From assembly GCA_977017575.1 (NCBI GenBank), contig CDRNVI010000027.1, positions 1-64,000 on the forward strand: a stretch of 64,000 bases of DNA, read 5' to 3'. This document shows positions 1 to 16,408 of the stretch, piece after piece. This DNA is from Paramoeba atlantica. Its lineage: Eukaryota; Protista; Discosea. The position numbers and the translations under genes are program-made. Position 1 is the stretch's first letter. Every line of letters starts with the position of its first letter. Below the pieces are notes generated by a model. It made no database searches, was not told where the DNA came from, and saw only the letters and a list, made by a program, of their open reading frames with translations.

Positions 1-130
1 GAATGAGGATTGTTCTAGAGAAGGAGGGGTGGCACTGTGGGTACTAGGTTCGTCTGCTCAATTTTATGCCAAAAAGGTGAAATTTCTTAAAAAACTTGCA
101 ATTGACGTTTTTGACCCTCTTACCAATTTA
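1..130 (+). mobile_element. 3' end of a Tc1/IS630-type element (transposase C-terminus at 3-47 plus downstream sequence)
   Basis: 3-47 translates MRIVLEKEGWHCGY*, nearly identical to the end of the transposase at 20738 (MRIVIEKEGGHCGY*); the downstream sequence also resembles 20739-20800. Confidence 0.8.
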
Positions 131-161
131 TGATACTGCTAAATATACGGGAAACGATATA

Positions 162-253
162 CAGGGATGGGCACGAAAATGTGGGGGGGGGGGGGGTTAA
201 AATTTCTATAACTTGGACAATTTTGGAAAGTAGCACCGCATTCGAGAGCTCTC
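162..253. repeat. Left terminal inverted repeat of the DD32E Tc1 family; partner end not found
   Basis: TA|CAGGGATGGGC…GGGGGG TTAAAATTT…AACTTGGACAATTTTGGAAAGT…CGCATTCGAGAGCTCTC aligns with the TIR at 32929-33015 and, inverted, with 20865-20949. Confidence 0.75.
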
Positions 254-1763
254 GCAGAGTTACGTGTCATGTGACCCGCAGGTAGACCTGAGGGAATTGG
301 ATCTTGCCCACGCTTTCCACCGCCGTAACGTCACAGCATCGTCCTCCTGGCCAGTTAAAATTGGTGCAATACACGTAGTCTTCCCATGCTTCTGCGGTGC
401 AAAGAAACATGGGAAGGGTGTTGCCAAGCATGTCGTTCATAGTATCAACCGATGGGGGATAAATACTTTTGGTCGCGAAAAGTGATGTACGGTGGACTCA
501 ACCACTATCACATTACTAAAAAATTTCATAGCATGCTGTTTTTCGAGACGTTGCAGGTGATAGCGCAATGAGTTTTTCTAAGGAGTTGCTTTTTTTTGCT
601 TCGTCCTTCAACTGCGCCAAGATAGGAGCCACCGAAGTTGACATTGGTTTTCGCTTGTCATCAGAGAAGAGGTCAAGGGCATTTCGTAGGGGAAGCATTT
701 TCACTCGACCCCCTACCCCCCCCCCTAGCCAGGTAGGGGTCAAAAAAGCTAATTACAACTTTTTTGGGTTCATTTTTTTTGAATGTTTCGGATGAGGAAC
801 AGTAGTAAAGTAGGTTAGAAGACGTGGAAAAGGAGTGCAAAGTAATCTCTAGTATTTAGCCATATGCACTTTAGCCTCCTTGACCAAAAGAAAAAGTTTA
901 CTATAGTCCCGGAAGGCATTCCTAAACGTTTCCGGTTAATCTTCAGAAAAAAAGCGAAAAGTTTCAATGATGGACCCGGGGCTAAGTTTATGAATTTTTC
1001 GAGTGTCTTATAGGGACTTAAGTCGCTCTCAATCGATCGCGAGTGCCGTGCGCTTCTCGGGGCACACGAGGCAGGGAAGGTAAGCACAGGGGGGCGGTGT
1101 TTCTTCGTCGTGAATCACCAACAAATGTACCAATTTTAAAAAAATGTACTCTGTGAAAAACAAATCGACTTTTTTGCGGTTTTTTTTCCCGGTTTAGGTA
1201 TGATACAGGTGTCCACGAGTGAAAAGGACCTCGGATTCGGAACCGATTGGGTTGAAAAACAGTCCCATACAAAATATTTTCCAAATCGAACAAAATGCAA
1301 GACCTGTAGGGGGGGGGGGTAAAAGAGGCTGAACACTACTGTATATGATATGCGCAAAACAAGCGTCACCGAGATCTGCAAAAATGCAATAAAATTAGCC
1401 CAAACGAAGACTTTACACAAATTTTAGAGGGGGGTGACTTATCGTGTCCCTAGGTTTATACAGTAGTACTATATTTACAACTCCATCCCAAATTTTTGAA
1501 ACCGTTCTATGGACATACCTTAGCGAGCACGGAGTGTACGTACGATTTTGCCGTGTACATGCGAGTACGTACTCGTGTACGTACAGAGCAGTTTGCTTGT
1601 TTTTAGTTTTGTAAAAAGCTACGTTTATGGGAATACCTCAAGAGGACCGGAAAAAATAGTTTTATTTGATGTACGTAAACGTTTGAAAAAATCATGTTTT
1701 TCTGAACTAAATTTGTTTAACATACGCTTTCTACAAAACTTGATTAACAATTACTTGTTCTAT

Positions 1764-3059
1764 ATGACGTCCATGTCACAGATATCTCCAAGCACGTATG
1801 GGAGCTCTGATAGCATGAGCTCAGGTTACACGAGCTCGGAGTCCACGAGTTGGGAGGCAACTTCGGAGAGCAGTTCCGGAAATTCACAAATTTGCCGATC
1901 AGGCTCTTCTGACGTTTCATCTTTGTCTTCTCACTCACCGGAGTACGCAAACTCCGATTCAGAGGATGATCCGAACGGGGATCAGAAGATGAGTCAAAAG
2001 ACTCGGAATCTCGGACTCTGGGTATGAATTTTTTGAAGAGACTCTTTTCAAAATACATCAAGATATTCAGGGTCTGTTCAAGAAGATAAAGATATCATCT
2101 TTATCCAGTTCCTCCGAAGTTCGTGGAACTTGAAAAATGTTTCGACATCCATCTTATCGAAGGCAGCAGAAGGCCCCTATGCCAAAGTGTTCGACCTCAG
2201 TCCTCCAATCAACGAACTTCCAATCCCCATCCCTCTGACCATCCATCTATTGACCCTCAGCACTCTGATGCACTCTGATGTTCCACCTACTGACTCTCAG
2301 CCCTCTGATGTTCCGCCTATTGACCCGCAGCACTCTGATGTTCCATCTATTGACCCTCAGCACACTGATGTTCCGCCTATTGACCCTCAGCACACTGACG
2401 TTCCATCTATTGACCCTCAGCACACTGATGTTCCACCTATTGACCCTCAGCACACCGATATTCCATCTATTGACCCTCAGCACTCTGATATTCCACCTAT
2501 TGACTCTTGGCCCTCTGATGTTCCACCTATTTACCCTCAGCACACTGATGTTCCATCTATTGACCCTCAGCACACTGATGTTCCACCTATTGACCCTAAG
2601 CACACTAATGTTCCACCTATTGACCTTCAGCACACTAATGTTCAACCTATTTACCCTCAGCACACTGATGTTCCATCTATTGACCCTCAGCACACCGATG
2701 TTCCATCTATTGACCCTCAGCACTCTGATATTCCACCTATTGACCCTAAGCACACTAATGTTCCACCTATTGACTCTCGGCCCTCTGATGTTCAACCTAT
2801 TGACCCTCAGCACACTGATGTTCCATCTATTGACCCTCAGCACTCTGGTATTCCACCTATTGACCCTCAGCACACTGATGTTCCATCTATTGACCCTCAG
2901 ATCTATAGACCTCTGATCGCCAACCTGATTTTCGCAACGCTCGCCGTTCTCTCCACTCGAGCTCTAAGGAAAATGAAAAGGGCGAAAACGCGAAATCGTT
3001 ACGACGCGCAGAACGCGAAAAGGAAAAGCGCAAAGCTGAAGCTCATCGTCATCGAGTAA
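1764..3059 (+). pseudogene. Ser-rich/acidic ORF continuing in the same frame (two TGAs near 2025-2036) into a 10-aa-repeat ORF with a basic C-terminus; function unknown
   Basis: ORFs 1548-2027 and 2130-3059 share a frame; repeat QHTDVPPIDP; ends KMKRAKTRNRYDAQNAKRKSAK; no recognised domain. Confidence 0.3.
2241..2900. repeat. 30-bp minisatellite, about 22 units (CAGCACACTGATGTTCCACCTATTGACCCT)
   Basis: Directly visible head-to-tail units with point variants. Confidence 0.95.
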
Positions 3060-3389
3060 AATTCGAAGCAATACATATTGCTTACATCGAAATTCGAAGC
3101 AATACATATTGAGTACTGTGACCCCCCCCTTTAATATGCACCCCCCTCTTACCTCCCTTTAATATGCACAAAATGGAGGCTGAAGAAAATTTGTGCGGTG
3201 GGACCCCCCCCTTTAATATGCACAAAATTGAAGCTGAAGAAAGTTCGTGTGGTGGGACCGATTTGATTTTTTCTTTTTTTATTCTGTTTGGAAAGTCACT
3301 TAGGCTACCAACTTCCAACATTAAGTTACTCAATACTGTAGACTTTTTAGCTTTCTCTATCTGCTCTATCTGTTTCTCTTCGTCAACAC

Positions 3390-4019
3390 ATGTCGCACAC
3401 GGACGGTGTAGCGACAACCGTGCATATGATAAAAGGTCCGCTGTCGAGTTGGGCTCGGTCAGCGCCACCCTCCCCCCAGGTAGGGGAACGGGCACCTGTT
3501 CTACAAACGAATGCACCTCCAACGGTAAACGAAAAAAAACGGCAGCGAGTTGAACTCACAATTTACGACAAACGCGTGATTTGTCGATCCCAGGATTCGG
3601 TGAAGGCTATTCGAGAAATGTACGGGATATCTCGGAGAACAGTGTACGACATCCGTGCGACTGGGATATTGAATTATCAAAAATTAATAAATCGAAATAT
3701 GGGGAACCAGCATCGTAACAGAGGGTTTAACACCAAAGGAGGTGATTACAACGACCCGGAGTCTGTCACGTACAATAAGGCAGAGGCAATGTGTGAAGTT
3801 CATCGTGCTTGTGAAAAGGCATCTTCCTTGTGGTGTCCCTTGACCAAATCCATTGTAATCGATCTAATACGCCAAAACACGAAGTTGACTTCGGTTTCAG
3901 CATTGGAAGACACATATGCACGCTTTCGGAAGCATTATGGGTGGGTTGGAGAACGAAATAGTTTTTTTGAATACTGGAAAGACAAGATTGATGTTAGGGT
4001 TCAATCGCCCACCTTCTGA
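3390..4019 (+). CDS. CENP-B/pogo-type DNA-binding protein (HTH_psq-like plus HTH_Tc5-like)
   Basis: VELTIYDKRVIC…AIREMYGISRRTVYDI resembles the first HTH; CPLTKSIVIDL…YARFRKHYG resembles the Tc5 HTH ending RFKKR.G. Confidence 0.65.
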   Translation: MSHTDGVATTVHMIKGPLSSWARSAPPSPQVGERAPVLQTNAPPTVNEKKRQRVELTIYDKRVICRSQDSVKAIREMYGISRRTVYDIRATGILNYQKLINRNMGNQHRNRGFNTKGGDYNDPESVTYNKAEAMCEVHRACEKASSLWCPLTKSIVIDLIRQNTKLTSVSALEDTYARFRKHYGWVGERNSFFEYWKDKIDVRVQSPTF

Positions 4020-4533
4020 TCTAATTACCACTGATTCACGCATTGTTGCCGTTCTCTTCTTTAACAAACACTTTATTTTGGTAGAACTCCGAAGGTCCCT
4101 GCTCACAGTGTATGACAGCTATGAGGCGTATTCTCCATTCGCCCGAAGCGACTTTTTAAAATTATTCTTGGAACGGGCAACTCCTCTTCTTGGGCAAGAA
4201 AGTGGGAACATTCGTGTTAAATATGAAAAGATCTTACAACAGGAGCCTATGCTAAATGAATGCGGATTGCATGTTGTTAACAACTTATGCTCTTTGTTAT
4301 TCTACCCTGCAACTTTTTCTAGGGTTGACAATGTGCTTGTCAGAAAAAATCTTTCCAGGTCCTGGTGGCCTCGTGGTCCAGGAATTCCTCTACCCCCTGA
4401 ACGAACAACAAATTCCGAAGAAACCCTTGGAGAAGTGTCCGTGGAGAACGTGTCGGAAGATGATTCTGATTGTTCTATAATTGTGAATTTAGTGAATGAT
4501 TTGAACTTTGAAGATGAGTCCGTTAACAGTTGA
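3916..4533 (+). CDS. Ulp1/SENP-like (peptidase C48) cysteine protease domain
   Basis: Ordered motifs NKHFILV (His), VYDS (Asp), LQQEPMLNECGLHV (Gln, Cys); overlaps the upstream ORF in another frame. Confidence 0.7.
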   Translation: MHAFGSIMGGLENEIVFLNTGKTRLMLGFNRPPSDLITTDSRIVAVLFFNKHFILVELRRSLLTVYDSYEAYSPFARSDFLKLFLERATPLLGQESGNIRVKYEKILQQEPMLNECGLHVVNNLCSLLFYPATFSRVDNVLVRKNLSRSWWPRGPGIPLPPERTTNSEETLGEVSVENVSEDDSDCSIIVNLVNDLNFEDESVNS

Positions 4534-5366
4534 AAACTTTATGGGGTCAGGGACATTGTCAAGCAAATGTTGGGGCTTAGCGAACCTCACCTCCCGAGCT
4601 TTATTTCCGTCCACAGCAACGGTTCATATTGTAATATTAGTTTTTACCACGGAACTGGGTTTTTCTGTGGTTTTTACTCGGTGTCGTGTAAGTCCTCGGA
4701 GTGCTTCTCCAGGCATATTCTACTATGGGCGTTCAACAAACTCGAAATAATGGGAGCTTGCGAAAGTAATTCGTATTGTATATATAGGGACAAAAATGTA
4801 CATGGATAATGTATATGATACAGTATATTAAAATGTATAGAGTGGGATAAAAAGAAGCTATCCGAGTACTAATTTAAATTAGTAAATTAGTAAATTAGTA
4901 AATTAGTACTAATTTAAATTAGTATCCTATGAATCAGTTACATTAGTAACTAGTATTTAGGTATACACATTTTTTATATTTTTTACTTTAAGCACTTTCT
5001 TGTTTATTAGTGTTACACAGGCTTCATGAAAAAAATCTTTGCTCGAGAACAATTCCTTCACTCTCTTCCCCTCCGTCATCGACCCTTGCTTCGCTACCGA
5101 TGTCATTGGCACCATGTACGCACTTTCTACCATCCCCCTTGTTTCACCCTTTTCTTCCCCCCTTTATTATGTACCCCCCCCCTTATTATGCACCCACCCC
5201 TTTATTATGCACCCCCCTTTATTATGCACCCCCCCTTTATTATGCACCCCCCCCCTTTATTATGCACAAACTCCAAAAACGTGTGCATATTAAAGGGGGG
5301 GGTCACAGTACAATCTTCTAAGAGAAGTATAAAAGAGAAATATCGCATGCGTGCTCTTCTAACATA

Positions 5367-5696
5367 CTGTGACCCCCCCCTTTATACTTCGCCCATTTTG
5401 AGCAGTAACGAAGTATAAAGGGGGGGTCTGAATTTTTTCCCCGCTGTAAAAACAAGTGTAAGAAAAAGGCCGTGCCGCTTCGCGGCGCGGCTCATCCAGT
5501 TTTCCTGTCTTTCCTTCTATCTCACCTTCCATTTCTGGAAGGAAAGAATGGGAACGTTCTTGTTTTTTTTCCAAAGGTTTTAGAAGAATTATGAAAAATT
5601 AGAAAAAAAATCGCCCCCCCCCTTCGGGGGGGCACACGAAAAACGAAGTATAAAGGGGGGGGTCTGACCAGCGAGGTATAAAGGAGGGGGTCACAG
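5367..5696. mobile_element. 330-bp MITE with pogo-like TIRs
   Basis: TA|CTGTGACCCCCCCCTTTATACTTCG … CGAGGTATAAAGGAGGGGGTCACAG|TA; terminal 17 bp shared with the 3116-5308 element. Confidence 0.9.
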
Positions 5697-5699
5697 TAT

Positions 5700-6200
5700 T
5701 ATGATTACAAGTTTCGGTCCAAAAGAAGTACGCTTCATCTTTCTCCCGAGAAAAGGGAGGCCCGTGTGAATTTCTGTCGCGCACTGCTTAAAGAAGATGA
5801 AGGCCTTTTCGACGTACGTGAAACATTGTGCGCCGGATAGATCACCGTATTGTAGGAACGGCCCCTTTTCAGAGGGAAGTACCTGGTGCTCAAAAATTCG
5901 TAAAAGTAGCATAGAAATAGTACTATAGAAAGGTGATTCTTCGGGATCATTGGATTCCATATCCCAGGAAAAATCCCCAGGCGATCTACATGGACGATGG
6001 AGCTCCTCCGCATCGTTCTAAGCTTACTTCTTTGTGGTGGGAAAGTATGTTCGCCAGATCGAGAACTTCCCCTTGCTTGAGGCGATACGTTTCTGTCGAT
6101 GGAAACCCTCTGCCGTTTTGGCCTGCGGATTCTCCGGATTTTAATTCGGGGTCCGACAAAGTCAAAATTTTTGAAATTTTTAGGATTATCAAAAAACAAT
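5700..6200 (+). pseudogene. Degenerate Tc1/IS630 transposase fragment with long D-E spacing
   Basis: IYMDDGAPPH…WW…WPADSPDFN in ORF 5933-6265; similar to 37892-38305. Confidence 0.75.
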
Positions 6201-6549
6201 TGACCCAAAAAAAAGTAAAAATATTTTTCCAAAATCGACTCCTAAAACGTATTTTCAGAGCTTGAGACCTCAGCTACCATTCTACGACGTTTGTTTTTAT
6301 AGATTCGCCTCCTACCCCTACTGGTAAGGCATCAAAAACGCCCCAAATTCGGGGTAAAATTTCCCAATTTTCGCCGAAAAATCGAGCGTTTTTATCCAAA
6401 AAAACAGGGGTCTGAAAATATATTGTGCCCCCCCCACTTATTTGTCACCACTTTTTCGAAAACAGGACAATTTATTTGGTTAGATGAAACAAAAGTCCCA
6501 AACTTTTTTCTTTATTTTGGGAATCTCCAAAGCATTCGGATAAAGTTGG

Positions 6550-7373
6550 CTTCACATACCCGACTTATGTGACTTCCATAACTCCGCATTACCCAGTCCC
6601 AAGCCTGGGGAAGGACCACGTGCATACATAAACGTATACACATGCTCCGGGGGAGGAGGGTGGAAGAAGTTATCGGGACATATACCCCGGGAAGTTGTGG
6701 GGATTTTTGCCACGGGAAAATATCGGGACTTGTGCCCGGGGAAAATATCGGGACTTGTGCCCGGGGAAGATATCGGGACTTGTGCTCGGGGAAGATATCG
6801 GGACTTGTACCCGGGGAAGATATCGGGACTTGTGCCCGGGGATGATATCGGGACGTGTGCCCGGGGAAGACATCGGGATTTGTGCCCGGGGAAGATATCG
6901 GGACTTGTGCCCGGGGAAGATATCGGGACGTGTGCCGGGGGAAAATATCGGGATTTTTGACCGGGGAAGATATCGGGATTTGTGCCCGGGGAAGATATGG
7001 GGACATGTGCCCGGGCAAGGCATCGGGACTTGTGCCCGGGGAAAATATCGGGATTTTTGACCGGGGAAGATATCGGGACTTGTGCCCGGGGAAAACATCG
7101 GGACGTGTGCCCGGGGAAGACATCGGGACTTGTGCCCGGGGAAGACATCGGGACGTGTGCCCGGGGAAGACATCGGGACTTGTGCCCGGGGAAAATACTA
7201 CTTACGTACACTGTACTACGAGGGGCATTACTACGAAGGGTATGATTGGGGAGGTAGGATCTAATTGGACTAGGTAGCGCTAGTATCTAATTGGGCGAAT
7301 CGTCTAAATGAAACGGGGGACTTGGGACTTGCTATGCAAAATTATGGAAGTCACATAAGTCAGGTATGTGAAG
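6550..7373. mobile_element. Foldback-like element: about 55-bp imperfect TIRs around a 25-bp minisatellite
   Basis: CTTCACATACCCGACTTATGTGACTTCCATAA (6550) versus inverted copy ending 7373; no TSD seen. Confidence 0.75.
6705..7197. repeat. 25-bp minisatellite, about 19 units (TGTGCCCGGGGAAGATATCGGGACT)
   Basis: Visible tandem units; explains the many overlapping repetitive ORFs. Confidence 0.95.
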
Positions 7374-7705
7374 TGTAGGTTTCTCATCCTTGGGTGGGAA
7401 GCCATATTTCACCTACGGCGTAATGTGATCATTTGATGGGTTGGGTGGATGTGATCAGGATTTTTTTTGTTCTGTGAACGAATTTGGTACAGTATTGAAT
7501 GCGTATAGTATGTACGCATTCGTGCAGTGAAAAATACTTTTCGTCGGAAAAATATCGAATATGCTTTGTGGCTCCCTTCTATTCGATTTTTATGAATCAA
7601 AGATGATCAAAAGTATGTTATAAACCATGGCAATGGTATCAAAGTTATTAATTGTCCAAGACTACTATACTCGAATTACACGTGTAGTTTCGACCACAAC
7701 ATATC

Positions 7706-8158
7706 ATGGCTCGTGTTGCAAAGAAGCCTAAAAAAGGCAGTATTCCAGCGAAGAAAGCGAATACGCGAGACCGGTCTTCCGGCACTTCCTCCCAGAGTGA
7801 CCCCATGGAAAAACCTCGCGAATGTCCGACGAGCCGCCGCCGGCGAAGTTCGATGCACAGGGTCCCTTCCCCCTCCCCAGAGCGGCCACGTCGAACTCGT
7901 CGAGGGTCTCGTTTCCCGTCTTACTTAAATTCCACTTGTTCGTTCTCGCGGAATTCAACCCGTAGCGAACGCCGTCAAAAGGAAGATATTAAGAAGGAAA
8001 AAGCTCGAGAACGACATGAAAGGTCATTGGGAACTGCATGTCGTCGCTTGCTCGAACAAGCGAGAAGCGAAATTGGAACGCCTGAGTCAAAATCTTTCAT
8101 AGAAAAACTTCGTAATCTTCGAAACTTCCCCTTCGAGGGCGTCCACCCTGCATCCTGA
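7706..8158 (+). CDS. Basic Arg/Ser-rich ORF, in frame with the downstream transposase across one TGA
   Basis: ATG-initiated, 150 aa, same frame as 8159-9034; no domain recognised. Confidence 0.3.
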   Translation: MARVAKKPKKGSIPAKKANTRDRSSGTSSQSDPMEKPRECPTSRRRRSSMHRVPSPSPERPRRTRRGSRFPSYLNSTCSFSRNSTRSERRQKEDIKKEKARERHERSLGTACRRLLEQARSEIGTPESKSFIEKLRNLRNFPFEGVHPAS

Positions 8159-9034
8159 GAGTATCAGGCCCTCGGAGGTGGACGCCCTCGAAAGCTTTCC
8201 GAGCCGTGCACACGCCGTGTGCGACGACTTGTGTTCTCCGGAAATTCTGCGCGAGAGGTATCATCTCAGCTGCGCCGCGAGGGCGTTGCTGATGTTGTTC
8301 CTCAGTCTATCCGAGTTTCGATGCACCGCTTCGGACACAAAGGTAGAAAGCGTGTCCGCAAGCCCTACTTGTCCAAGCGCCATCGCAAGCTTCGGATGGA
8401 CTTTGACACGGCCCATGAGCACTGGACAGTGCACGACTGGGCTCCAGTTGTATGGTCGGACGAGACGAAGATCTCGCGCTTTGAAACGGGGGGAAGTCTT
8501 TGGACATGGGGGACCCCGGGGGAGGAACTGGGTGAAAAAGGGGTAATTCCCACGGTAAAGTACGGAGAGGGGCGCATCATGATTTGGGCGTGCATGTCCC
8601 GAAGCGGTGTGGGGCATGTGCGTCTAGTTCAAGGGAACCTGAACGCCACACAGTACGTCGAGATTCTTGAAGAGAATCTTGCCCCCTCCATCGAAACTAT
8701 GGGTCTAGACCCCCCAATGGTCATCTTCCAACAAGATAATGACCCCAAGCACACAAGCCATTGTGCGCAACGGCACCTCCGGGGTACCGGGTTTGAAGTC
8801 ATGCGGTGGCCCCCGCAGTCCCCTGACTTAAATCCAATCGAAAACGTTTGGGGGGAACTCAAGCGGCGCCTTGCAGCGCACGATGAACCACCAAGCGGGG
8901 TCCGAGAGTTGTGGGAGAGGGTAAAAATGGAATGGGCGAACATACCACCCTCAGTATGTCGTGCCCAGGTGGACAGTATGCCTGCCCGTATAAAGGCAGT
9001 GCTGAAGGCTCGTGGGGGGAATACTAAATACTAA
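8159..9034 (+). CDS. Tc1-family DD34E transposase (N-terminal HTH missing or replaced)
   Basis: GGRPRKLS linker, VVWSDETK, FQQDNDPKH, WPPQSPDLNPIENVW, GGNTKY*; 34 residues between second D and E by hand count. Confidence 0.92.
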   Translation, partial: EYQALGGGRPRKLSEPCTRRVRRLVFSGNSAREVSSQLRREGVADVVPQSIRVSMHRFGHKGRKRVRKPYLSKRHRKLRMDFDTAHEHWTVHDWAPVVWSDETKISRFETGGSLWTWGTPGEELGEKGVIPTVKYGEGRIMIWACMSRSGVGHVRLVQGNLNATQYVEILEENLAPSIETMGLDPPMVIFQQDNDPKHTSHCAQRHLRGTGFEVMRWPPQSPDLNPIENVWGELKRRLAAHDEPPSGVRELWERVKMEWANIPPSVCRAQVDSMPARIKAVLKARGGNTKY

Positions 9035-9321
9035 TTTTACGGGCATAATCTCTCTTGGGCGATTACGTTTCATCTATTTTTTGGGACAAGATTTTCTCTA
9101 TAATAGGTAGCAAAAAAACCTTTCGAATGCTAAACTTTTTTATATTCATTCTTATTTCTTTGGTAGAACGAACTGAGGTGAACTATCTACGGGTACTATT
9201 AGGTGACACTCATGCCTACACTACTAGCACACATTACCAGCGCAACGGTGATATTTAATCAATAGCTCTATACAAAAGAAAAAAAAACGAAACATTCGAA
9301 CGGTTTTTTTGCTGACTGTAT

Positions 9322-14611
<5,290 letters not shown>

Positions 14612-14749
14612 AAATTTGGGCACCGTAAAAATCACCCACTATTGGCAAACTTTTTTGCCAATAGTGGGTGTACCCCCCCTTTACAATGGACGGTACTGTA
14701 TTCGTGTCATTTGTTATGTCTAAGAAGTATCAGTGCTAGGCTTTTTCTC

Positions 14750-15265
14750 CGGCTGAATTTTCTGATTTTCCATTTCTAGAAGGGAAGGCTTAGAACGTTC
14801 TTGTTTTTTTTTTTAAACTTTTAGAAAAATTGCGAAAAATTAAAGAAAAATCGTCCCCCCTTCGGGGGGGCCACACAAAAAACGAAGTACTGTACCCCCC
14901 CGTTTATAATAGCCTCGCTTTTGCCCAAATGAACCTATAAATGGGGGAGGGCGATTGCAGATTAAGAGTTGGCACAGAAATCGCCATACATTCGGGCGAG
15001 GAACCAGGAATTATTCAATCGCTAAGTGGGCCCCGGCGCTCTTCCAAAGTAAAATGTCCAGCAAGAACACGCGCCATACCTCGAAGAACCATATGAAAAT
15101 AAATATCAAAATATTAAAGACGGTGCAAGAAAATTAAAAAAAAATCCCCAGTTTGCCAAAAAAAGAATCTATAAAGGGGGGAGGGGTCGAGGCTATTATA
15201 AACAAGGGGGGTACAATATAAAGGGGGGGGGTCTGACCAGCGAAGTATAAAGGGGGGGGTCACAG
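14750..15265. mobile_element. Second copy of the 5367-5696 MITE (left end unclear) carrying a nested MITE
   Basis: 14770-14887 aligns with 5527-5648; right TIR GGGGGGGGTCACAG|TA ends at 15265. Confidence 0.8.
14890..15216. mobile_element. Nested 327-bp MITE with TA duplication
   Basis: TA|CTGTACCCCCCCGTTTATAATAGCCTCG … CGAGGCTATTATAAACAAGGGGGGTACAA|TA; removal restores CGAAGTATAAAGGGG of the host MITE. Confidence 0.88.
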
Positions 15266-16408
15266 TATATAGATTATGAATACAGGAACACTGTTTTCCT
15301 TCCTACAACTGGTAAAAGTGTACGTGTGGCTTAGACGAGGGATTCTGATATTCTATGAATATCACTGGCCTATGGCCACTTTACAGTGGCCATGAAAAGA
15401 AGTATGCACAGAAAATACAGAGGGATAGAATTGTAGACTTAAATTTATAACACCTAAACCGTTGCTTCGCAGAATGATTACAAAACGAACTCTCTCGAAT
15501 GGTTCACGGCGAAGTGCCGACAGAACTCCTCCATACCCAACTATCCGCGCCAAGCATCAGTCACGACCGAAGACCGCGTACTCTCCAAGATTATCCCGTC
15601 GGGTCTTAGAATATCTTCATTTTCAAGAACCCAGGTGGGGTAACTTCTTTTCTCTGGAAAATCAAATGAGCAGTATTTCGTGTCCTGACTCTTCAACAGC
15701 TTTTTGGAGCTCCTTCAGTACCAAGTTATATCTCAGGCTATATCTTCCTTGCTCTAACGAGGTCTGACAACCGGATAATACATGGCGGGTAGTTTGCGTC
15801 TCTTTCTCGCAAATAGAACACTTTAGGTTGGTGTGTGTCGAAATTCCCCAACGATGCATGGCCGCCCTAGATGGAAGCGGCGTGACGGTCATTAGTGAGG
15901 CGGCAAATCTTGACAGGGCAGTATTGTTGAGGTTGTTCATAGCAGACGCGAATACTTTTGCCAGTTCCCCTTCGGTGGATAGGTCCCACCATTGTGCTGC
16001 GATCGGCGTTCTTTGCCGTAGTCGAGGAATCAGATTGTTCTCGTACTCCTCACGCAGGACCGAGCGCGCTTTACGTGCGTCGTTCAGCACTTGTTGGGAC
16101 TTACATGCAGGGCGTACCTGCCCTCCGTTATGTTTCCGTATTTCATCTTGTAAACGATCTTTTCTAACGTTTTGCGAACATTCGAATCTTTTGAGCTGTT
16201 CATGCGCGTGAGTGCTTGCGCGGTTGATTCATACCATAGCAGGGATAGGCTCGTGAGGTTCCACCCTCGTCGCGAGTACAGAACTTCAGTGCTCGCCGTT
16301 CCTGCCATTTTGATCCATTGGCGAAGATGTGTCGTGGCCCGTTTTTGTAGGCACAGTACGAGGCTCAGAGTTAAGGATGGGTGTACAACGAAAAGGTACC
16401 GGATACGT

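Larger units (their letters stand above)
3116..5308 (+). mobile_element. pogo/Tigger-like TIR element (2.2 kb) without a DDE domain
   Basis: TA|CTGTGACCCCCCCCTTTAATATGCAC … GTGCATATTAAAGGGGGGGGTCACAG|TA; subterminal CCCCCCTTTAWTATGCA repeats at 3145-3225 and 5155-5270. Confidence 0.9.

Noticed and set aside
264-1420. Short ORFs downstream of the TIR at 162
   Set aside because: No recognisable motifs and no matching right TIR; content left unassigned.
2241-7197. CRISPR-like arrays at the 30-bp and 25-bp repeats (also the 18-, 20- and 217-bp repeats)
   Set aside because: Units are contiguous with no unique spacers, no cas genes are present, and the context is eukaryotic.
6512-7277. Stack of overlapping Pro/Gly/Cys-rich ORFs
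   Set aside because: Frame-cycling translation of a 25-bp unit; not genes.
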